Assembly (NCBI GenBank): GCA_944329195.1
Contig: CALVHX010000003.1
Location: 1 to 55,445 of the forward strand
Length of the DNA stretch: 55,445 nucleotides
DNA from: an uncultured Bacilli bacterium
GTDB lineage: Bacteria; Bacillota_I; Bacilli_A; RF39; UBA660
Direction of reading: 5' to 3'
Shown: positions 49,621 through 55,445 of the stretch, one piece after another
Numbering within the stretch: the stretch's first letter is position 1
Layout: each line of letters starts with the position of its first letter
Position numbers and translations under genes: made by a program
Notes under the pieces: model-generated
Seen by the model: only the letters and a program-made list of their open reading frames with translations
Database searches by the model: none
Told to the model about the DNA's origin: nothing

Positions 49621-51045
49621 ATGATGAATTTTCCGGATTTAAAGGAAGCAAGAAAAAGAACAAAAGAAAAAGTAAATATTTTATATGATAAATATCTAAT
49701 ACCATATGAAGTAAAAAATATTGGTGTAGGGAAAAAATATTCAGTACTTACATATGGATGCCAAATGAATGTACACGACAGTGAAAATATTAGCGGCATT
49801 ATGGAAGAATTAGGATATTCTAGGGAAGAAAATTACGAAAATAGTGATATTGTGATCATAAATACTTGTGCTATTAGGGAGAATGCTCATAATAAAGTTA
49901 TTGGTATTTTGGGAAGAATTAAACATTTAAAAGAAATAAATAATAATTTGATTGTCATATTTTGCGGTTGTATGGCACAAGAAGAGTCTATTACTAATAT
50001 GATATATGAAAAATATCCATGGGTAGATATTGTAATAGGTACTCATAATATTTATGAAATTCCTCTATCTTTAAAAAAGGTGTTAGAAAGTGAAAAACAG
50101 AGTATTTCAGTGTATTCGATAGAAGGAGATATTATAGAGAATCTTCCAATAAAAAGAGACTCTAAATATAAAGCTTGGGTTAATATTCAATATGGATGTG
50201 ATAAGTTTTGTTCATATTGCATAGTTCCTTATACGAGAGGAAAGCAAAGAAGTAGGATGCCAGAGGATATAATAGAAGAAGTTAAAGGCTTAAAGGAAAA
50301 AGGTTATAGAGAGGTAACTTTGCTTGGTCAAAATGTTACCGCTTATGGTAAAGATTTGGAGAAAGGCTATACTATGGCTAACCTACTTGAAAATATATCG
50401 AAAACTGGGATTGACAGAATTCGTTTTGTTACCTCGCATCCTTGGGATTTTTCTGATGATATGATAGAGGTAATTGCTAGATATGATAATATTATGCCAT
50501 ATATTCATCTTCCTATTCAAAGTGGCTCTGATGATATTTTAAAAAAGATGAATAGAAGATATACAGTAGAAGAATATAAAGAGTTATTTTATAAATTAAA
50601 GAAAAAAATTCCTGGTGTTAGTATTACGACAGATATAATAGTGGGTTTCCCTAATGAAACTTCGAGTGATTTTGAAAAGACTTTAGCGGTATACGATGAG
50701 CTTAAATTTGATTTGGCTTATACATTTATTTACTCTCCTAGAGAGGGTACTCCTGCTTCTTTCATTAAAGATGAGATATCTATTGAAGAAAAAGAAGAGA
50801 GACTTTACAAACTTAATCAGAAAGTAAATGAATATGCAAAGATTGCTAATCAAAAATATTTGCATAAGATAGTCCCCGTTTTAATAGAGGGTTTTTCGGA
50901 TAAGAATGGTAAGGTTATGGGATATACTGATACAATGAAGTTAGTTAATATTGAGGCTGACGAATCTTATATTGGAAAGATAGTTCCCGTATTTATTACT
51001 GATGTTAAGACATGGTCGATGGAAGGAGTAGTAAAAGTTGATTGA
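49621..51045 (+). CDS. miaB: tRNA methylthiotransferase MiaB
   Basis: TYGCQMNVHDSE, NTCAIRENA, CDKFCSYC radical-SAM motif, TRAM domain. Confidence 0.97.
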   Translation: MMNFPDLKEARKRTKEKVNILYDKYLIPYEVKNIGVGKKYSVLTYGCQMNVHDSENISGIMEELGYSREENYENSDIVIINTCAIRENAHNKVIGILGRIKHLKEINNNLIVIFCGCMAQEESITNMIYEKYPWVDIVIGTHNIYEIPLSLKKVLESEKQSISVYSIEGDIIENLPIKRDSKYKAWVNIQYGCDKFCSYCIVPYTRGKQRSRMPEDIIEEVKGLKEKGYREVTLLGQNVTAYGKDLEKGYTMANLLENISKTGIDRIRFVTSHPWDFSDDMIEVIARYDNIMPYIHLPIQSGSDDILKKMNRRYTVEEYKELFYKLKKKIPGVSITTDIIVGFPNETSSDFEKTLAVYDELKFDLAYTFIYSPREGTPASFIKDEISIEEKEERLYKLNQKVNEYAKIANQKYLHKIVPVLIEGFSDKNGKVMGYTDTMKLVNIEADESYIGKIVPVFITDVKTWSMEGVVKVD

Positions 51046-51373
51046 AAGCAGTATAGAAGAATTATTTAATAGTATAAATGATTCTAGTGAGTACAAAGAA
51101 TATAAAAAAATTGTCGAGATACTTGCTAAGAATAAAGATATTATGAAAATGGTAGAAGAAATTAAAGCCCTTCAAAAAGAGGCTACTAATTTAGAATATC
51201 TCGGTGACGATAGATACAAGGATATAGATAAAGAGATAGAAGAAAAGATGCAAATTTTAAATAGCAATAAAGATTATCAAGAATATTTGGAGAAATTAAA
51301 ATCTTTTAATAAAGTGCTTTTAGCATCATCTTCGATGATTGAAGAATATGTCGATGAAAAAGTTGGAATGTAA
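51038..51373 (+). CDS. ymcA: YlbF/YmcA (RicA-like) regulator
   Basis: Helical Com_YlbF-type sequence (EIKALQKEA); directly follows miaB as in Bacillus. Confidence 0.65.
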   Translation: MIESSIEELFNSINDSSEYKEYKKIVEILAKNKDIMKMVEEIKALQKEATNLEYLGDDRYKDIDKEIEEKMQILNSNKDYQEYLEKLKSFNKVLLASSSMIEEYVDEKVGM

Positions 51374-51468
51374 GTTTTTTGGGCGATTATTTACATAGTG
51401 TCAATTATTATATATTTTGTATTGTACGATAGATTTTTTATGATAAATTTGGTACAATATAGGTAGAG

Positions 51469-52626
51469 GTGTTAATGATGAAATTAAGTATTGGAGTAAT
51501 TTTTGGTGGAAATAGTTTAGAACATGAGCTATCTATTTTAACAGCGGTACAGGCAATGGATAATATTGATAAAGAAAGATACGAAGTTGTTCCCATATAT
51601 ATAGCAAAAGATTTTACGATGTATACAGGTGGAATGCTTAGATATATTGATAGTTACAAGGATTTTAATCTAATTAATAGATATGCTACAAAAATAAATT
51701 TAATAAATAAAAAAGGAAGATTTATTTTACAAACATCCGGAATAATAAAAAGAGAATATAAAGAAATACATCTTGCATTTCCAATGGTACACGGGAAGAA
51801 TACGGAAGATGGTAGTATTGTCGGATATTTAGAAATTTTAGGTATTCCTTATGTTGGTAGTGATATATATTCTTCTTCGGTAGGGCAAGATAAAGTGTTT
51901 ACTAAACAGATACTTGCCTCTAATGGGCTTCCTGTTACTGATTTTGTTTACTTTACTAGTAGTGATTATCAGACTGATAAGGAAGATATATTTAAGAAAA
52001 TAGATGATTTATCTTACCCTCTTATCGTAAAACCTGCTAGACTAGGGAGTAGTATTGGTATTGAGCTAGTTAATAGAAAGGAAGAACTTGAGTCATCGAT
52101 TGAGAAAGTTATGTTAAAAGATGAGAAAGTACTAGTGGAAGAGTATATCGAATCGCGAAGTGAATATAATATGGCGGTTCTTGCAAGTAAAGGAAAATTA
52201 ATTGGATCTGTTATTGAAAGAATTGAAAAAGATGGCGTGTGTGACTACTATGATAAATATCATAAAGATAGTGATGATGACAGCTATAAAAGAATTTATC
52301 CTGCCGATATAAGCAAAGCACTTGCCGAGGAAATTGAGAAGACAAGTAAAAAAGCATATAAGGTGCTTTCTCTAGCGGGGGTTGCTCGAATTGATTATAT
52401 TTATGACAATAAAAAGAAAAAACTATATATAAATGAGGTTAATACTATTCCAAATTTCTTTTGTCATCATTTATTTGATGATAAAAATATTGACTACCGC
52501 GAACTTCTTGGCATAATGATTAAGGAGTCTATAGATAAGATTCATAAACAAGATAATATGGTAAAGACGTTAGATGATCAAATGTTTAAAAAAGTGACTA
52601 GTAAAGATGTAAGGGATATGAAATAA
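51469..52626 (+). CDS. ddl: D-alanine--D-alanine ligase family protein
   Basis: FGGNSLEHELS, HGKNTEDG, VKPARLGSSIGI, ARID, INEVNTIP. Confidence 0.9.
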   Translation: MLMMKLSIGVIFGGNSLEHELSILTAVQAMDNIDKERYEVVPIYIAKDFTMYTGGMLRYIDSYKDFNLINRYATKINLINKKGRFILQTSGIIKREYKEIHLAFPMVHGKNTEDGSIVGYLEILGIPYVGSDIYSSSVGQDKVFTKQILASNGLPVTDFVYFTSSDYQTDKEDIFKKIDDLSYPLIVKPARLGSSIGIELVNRKEELESSIEKVMLKDEKVLVEEYIESRSEYNMAVLASKGKLIGSVIERIEKDGVCDYYDKYHKDSDDDSYKRIYPADISKALAEEIEKTSKKAYKVLSLAGVARIDYIYDNKKKKLYINEVNTIPNFFCHHLFDDKNIDYRELLGIMIKESIDKIHKQDNMVKTLDDQMFKKVTSKDVRDMK

Positions 52627-52627
52627 T

Positions 52628-53188
52628 ATGTATGGATATATTAGTGGAATGGTAAAAGAAATAGAACCTAATTACATTATTATTGATAACAATGGTATCG
52701 GATATCTTGTCTTTGTTCCTAATCCTTATGGTTTTGTGATAAATAAAGAGTATACAGTATATACATATTCTAATATAAGAGAAGATGAATATTCACTATA
52801 TGGTTTTAAAACAAGAGAAGAGAAAGAGTTGTTTTTAAAATTGATTTCTGTAAAAGGGTTGGGACCAAAGATGGCACTTCCTATGTTAGCTACTGGTGCG
52901 ACTAACTTAATTGAGGAAGCTATCGAGACAGAAAACATTAATTATTTGAAGAAGTTTCCTAAAATTGGCGATAAAGTGGCAAGACAGATGATTTTAGATT
53001 TAAAGGGTAAACTTAATGTTATTAACACGGGAATATTTGCTAGAGAAGATCATTCTGCCGAACTTACGGAAGCTTTAGTGGGACTTGGATACAGGCAAGT
53101 AGATATTAAAAAAATTATTAATAAGATCGATATAAATTTATCATTAGAGGAACAAATTAAAATGGCATTAAAGTTACTATTAAAGTAG
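52628..53188 (+). CDS. ruvA: Holliday junction branch migration protein RuvA
   Basis: MYGYISG, IREDEYSLYGF, LISVKGLGPKMAL, ALVGLGY. Confidence 0.96.
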   Translation: MYGYISGMVKEIEPNYIIIDNNGIGYLVFVPNPYGFVINKEYTVYTYSNIREDEYSLYGFKTREEKELFLKLISVKGLGPKMALPMLATGATNLIEEAIETENINYLKKFPKIGDKVARQMILDLKGKLNVINTGIFAREDHSAELTEALVGLGYRQVDIKKIINKIDINLSLEEQIKMALKLLLK

Positions 53189-53240
53189 CTTTAATGTCAT
53201 TTTTATCATTTTATAAAAAAAGAGCAAATGGCTCTCAAAA

Positions 53241-53867
53241 TTAAAATTTTCTATATAATCCTATTGCTTTTCCCAAAATAGTTACATTTTTTAATATTAT
53301 AGGAAGCATATAATCATTTTCAGGTTGTAATCTAATATAATCATTTTCCCTAAAGAATCTTTTTATCGTAACTTGATTCTCATCATCCATAGCTATAATA
53401 ATTTCTCCATTTTTGGCACTGTTGGTTCTTTCTACAATAACAATGTCTTTATCGTATATTCCCGCATTGATCATACTATCTCCTTCTACTTTGATGGTAA
53501 ATATTTCTTTCTTTTTAGGTAGTAAGTAAGCAGGCAAGCTAATTACCTCATTGGGAACTTCGATTGCTTCGATTGGATTACCCGCGGTTACTTTGCCAAG
53601 TAAAGGTACAGTTACAATATCATTACTTTCTTTTTCAAACTCGTTTGGGACTAATAATTCTAATAGGTGATTGCTTCCTTCTCCTCTTTTTAAATATCCT
53701 TTTTCTATTAATTTATTTACATGAACATGGGCCGTAGCAGGGGAACTCAGATTAAAATTAGCGGCTATTTCTCTTATAGATGGTGGGTACTTTTTTTGGG
53801 CAGAAAACTTTTTTATATATGTTAAAATATCTTTTTGTCTGTTAGTTAATTTTCCTTCTTTAACCAT
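53241..53867 (-). CDS. lexA: SOS repressor LexA
   Basis: YPPSIREIA HTH, VTAG cleavage site, GDSM Ser, TIKR Lys. Confidence 0.97.
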   Translation of the reverse strand: MVKEGKLTNRQKDILTYIKKFSAQKKYPPSIREIAANFNLSSPATAHVHVNKLIEKGYLKRGEGSNHLLELLVPNEFEKESNDIVTVPLLGKVTAGNPIEAIEVPNEVISLPAYLLPKKKEIFTIKVEGDSMINAGIYDKDIVIVERTNSAKNGEIIIAMDDENQVTIKRFFRENDYIRLQPENDYMLPIILKNVTILGKAIGLYRKF

Positions 53868-53888
53868 TTGTTAACTCCTTTCTTCTAT

Positions 53889-53917
53889 AATATAACACAT
53901 TAAATGTCAAAAGTCAA
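53889..53917 (-). promoter_or_regulatory. lexA promoter
   Basis: Minus strand TTGACT-17 bp-TATATT with TG extension. Confidence 0.55.
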
Positions 53918-53928
53918 ACAAATATTCG
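53915..53928. promoter_or_regulatory. SOS box 1
   Basis: CAAAC-AAAT-ATTCG versus Firmicute consensus CGAAC-N4-GTTCG. Confidence 0.7.
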
Positions 53929-53936
53929 CTTTTTTC

Positions 53937-53965
53937 TTGACACGAACAAAAGTATGTGTTATCAT
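53937..53965 (+). promoter_or_regulatory. SigA promoter with SOS box 2 in its spacer
   Basis: TTGACA-17 bp-TATCAT; CGAAC-AAAA-GTATG at 53943-53956. Confidence 0.78.
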
Positions 53966-53988
53966 TGGATAGTAAGGAGATGATAGAT

Positions 53989-54120
53989 ATGGAATTTGTT
54001 AAAAATAATAAGGGAGTAATAATTTTCTATTTACTTTTAATTTTAACTACTTTGGTTATAGTTCAAAGTAATAAAAGAAGTTTAGAAGTAGAAAACAAGT
54101 ATGTCTATCTCTCCAGATAG
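53989..54120 (+). CDS. 43-aa single-TM protein divergent from lexA (YneA/SosA position; not in ORF track)
   Basis: AAGGAG RBS; MEFVKNNKGVIIFYLLLILTTLVIVQSNKRSLEVENKYVYLSR. Confidence 0.75.
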   Translation: MEFVKNNKGVIIFYLLLILTTLVIVQSNKRSLEVENKYVYLSR

Positions 54121-54228
54121 ATTTTTCTATATAATAGAAATTTAACAAAATAATTTTTTTAGTTAAAATGTATTGATAAACATTTGCTTATATGTTATAG
54201 TTTGATTGTAGGCGAGGAGATACTTATA

Positions 54229-54490
54229 TTGACTTATAAATTTAGATTATATCCAAATAAAAACAAATAGTCGTTTAGATATGTAAGACCGGTATATAAT
54301 TGTTATCTTACTAAACAATAAAAAGAGGGAGTAAAAAAGCATCTACTAATTACAAAGATTTAAAATACTTTCAAGAAGATAATAACTATTTCTCTAAAAG
54401 GAGTAATTATCCTGTATTTAAATAAAAGATTTAAGTATAAGGATTTATGAATGCACAAGATGTGGATTAGAGTTTGATTGGGATATATAG
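54229..54490 (+). pseudogene. tnpB: Internally deleted tnpB relic (IS200/IS605 family)
   Basis: N-terminal TYKFRLYPNK*..FRYVRPVYNCYL and C-terminal KDLSIRIYECTRCGLEFDWDI fragments with stops. Confidence 0.78.
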
Positions 54491-54574
54491 GAGGAGGGTA
54501 AAATCTATTTTATCTTTGGTTTACCTTTTCAAAATTATAAAAATATATTATAATAATTGTGAAGGAAGGTTATT

Positions 54575-55387
54575 ATGAGTAATAGAACATCTAAAATTTT
54601 AGTGATTGTTTCGGCAGTGGTTCTTCTGCTATCAGGAGCGGGATTATATGTCTTGTTTGACATACAAGGATATGGTAAAACAGAAAGAAAGCAAGTAGTT
54701 TCTTATAATATAAAAGATTATATTGAAACTAGAGCATTAGCTTTTAATGATTATAATAATGTTTATAATAGTATCAATGTGTCGAGAGTAGATATAAAGA
54801 ATATAAGTAATGATAGTATTAGTGATTTTATTTCTAGAGAAGATGAATTAATCGGGTATATAGATGCTTATTACGATGAGATTGTTGCTAGAGATGGTTA
54901 TGTTCCTATTAATACCGCAAATAGTAATATTAAAGTTCAAATAAATGGAACAATATTGTCTGTATTTTATGAACTTGATTTCTTTTTAGATGATAGTATC
55001 TTTGAAAATAATATAAAGAAGTATGTAGCCACTATAAATATAGACTTAGCTACTGAAAAAGTATTAAGTAATGATTTTTTACTGGAAAAATATGATTATA
55101 CTAAGAGATATCTTTCTGAAAAACTTTTTGAAGAAGATGTACTTATTGCTACTAATCAAGTGGTAATGCAGAAGGATACAAATATAACTTTGACTAAAAG
55201 TGACATTGAAAAACAAAAAGAAGAGTATGTGGAAAGAATAGTTAATGAATTTGATAATATAATAAAAATGTATATTGAAAATAATTCTCTTGTTATGGTC
55301 TACGATAAAAAAGAATTAAATAACATATTCTTTGATAATAATTATGTGACCGAACTTAAAATTAGATATTTCAGAAATAAAGAGTAA
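54575..55387 (+). CDS. Membrane-anchored hypothetical protein (RsiV/PdaC DUF3298-like)
   Basis: N-terminal TM; NGTILSV...TINIDL.T.KVLS motif. Confidence 0.6.
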   Translation: MSNRTSKILVIVSAVVLLLSGAGLYVLFDIQGYGKTERKQVVSYNIKDYIETRALAFNDYNNVYNSINVSRVDIKNISNDSISDFISREDELIGYIDAYYDEIVARDGYVPINTANSNIKVQINGTILSVFYELDFFLDDSIFENNIKKYVATINIDLATEKVLSNDFLLEKYDYTKRYLSEKLFEEDVLIATNQVVMQKDTNITLTKSDIEKQKEEYVERIVNEFDNIIKMYIENNSLVMVYDKKELNNIFFDNNYVTELKIRYFRNKE

Positions 55388-55445
55388 AATTAATTAAAAT
55401 ATAAAATTTGATTAAAATTACAAATTTAGTAATTTGATCTAATTT

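Noticed and set aside
51469-52626. Van-type D-Ala-D-Lac ligase
   Set aside because: No vanH/vanX/vanRS neighbours; housekeeping context
282-52938. Many short antisense or alternate-frame ORFs in the track (e.g. 282..485, 1927..2238, 2453..2845, 43351..43770, 52726..52938)
   Set aside because: They overlap well-supported genes, lack RBSs and have shadow-ORF composition
1-55445. CRISPR array or cas genes
   Set aside because: No regularly spaced repeat-spacer array seen; the repeats found are coding repeats or isolated hairpins

Overview
AT-rich chromosomal window from a low-GC Bacillota. The gene repertoire suggests a reduced-genome gut Bacilli lineage such as RF39; this is inference. Genetic code 11 fits because TGA ends intact genes. 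The core backbone has ftsK, yceD-rpmF, priA, leuS, gltX, rluB, infC-rpmI-rplT with an L20 leader, lepA, miaB-ymcA, ddl, ruvA, lexA, tRNA-Arg(UCU) and tRNA-Gln(CUG). Dispersed sporulation genes (spoIIIAH, gerE, gerM, cotE, yrzE/yrbG-like) and several surface proteins are interleaved. The best candidate for a new system is an ~8 kb island between leuS and tRNA-Gln. It has a WYL regulator followed by a small HAD nucleotidase, a split HAD/PRTase, a DHH phosphoesterase, an APH-like kinase and a PfkB-SIS fusion, and the DHH+kinase pair is flanked by a 13-bp direct repeat. Other highlights: LeuRS with an intact Nudix insertion; a Panacea antitoxin with a PemK-like toxin; a gene pair sharing a RHIM-like motif; an unannotated 43-aa LexA-controlled membrane peptide in the yneA/sosA position; a His-less sensor kinase; a GH31 lacking its acid/base Asp; and a deleted tnpB relic. 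All family calls come from motif recognition by eye, with no searches run.
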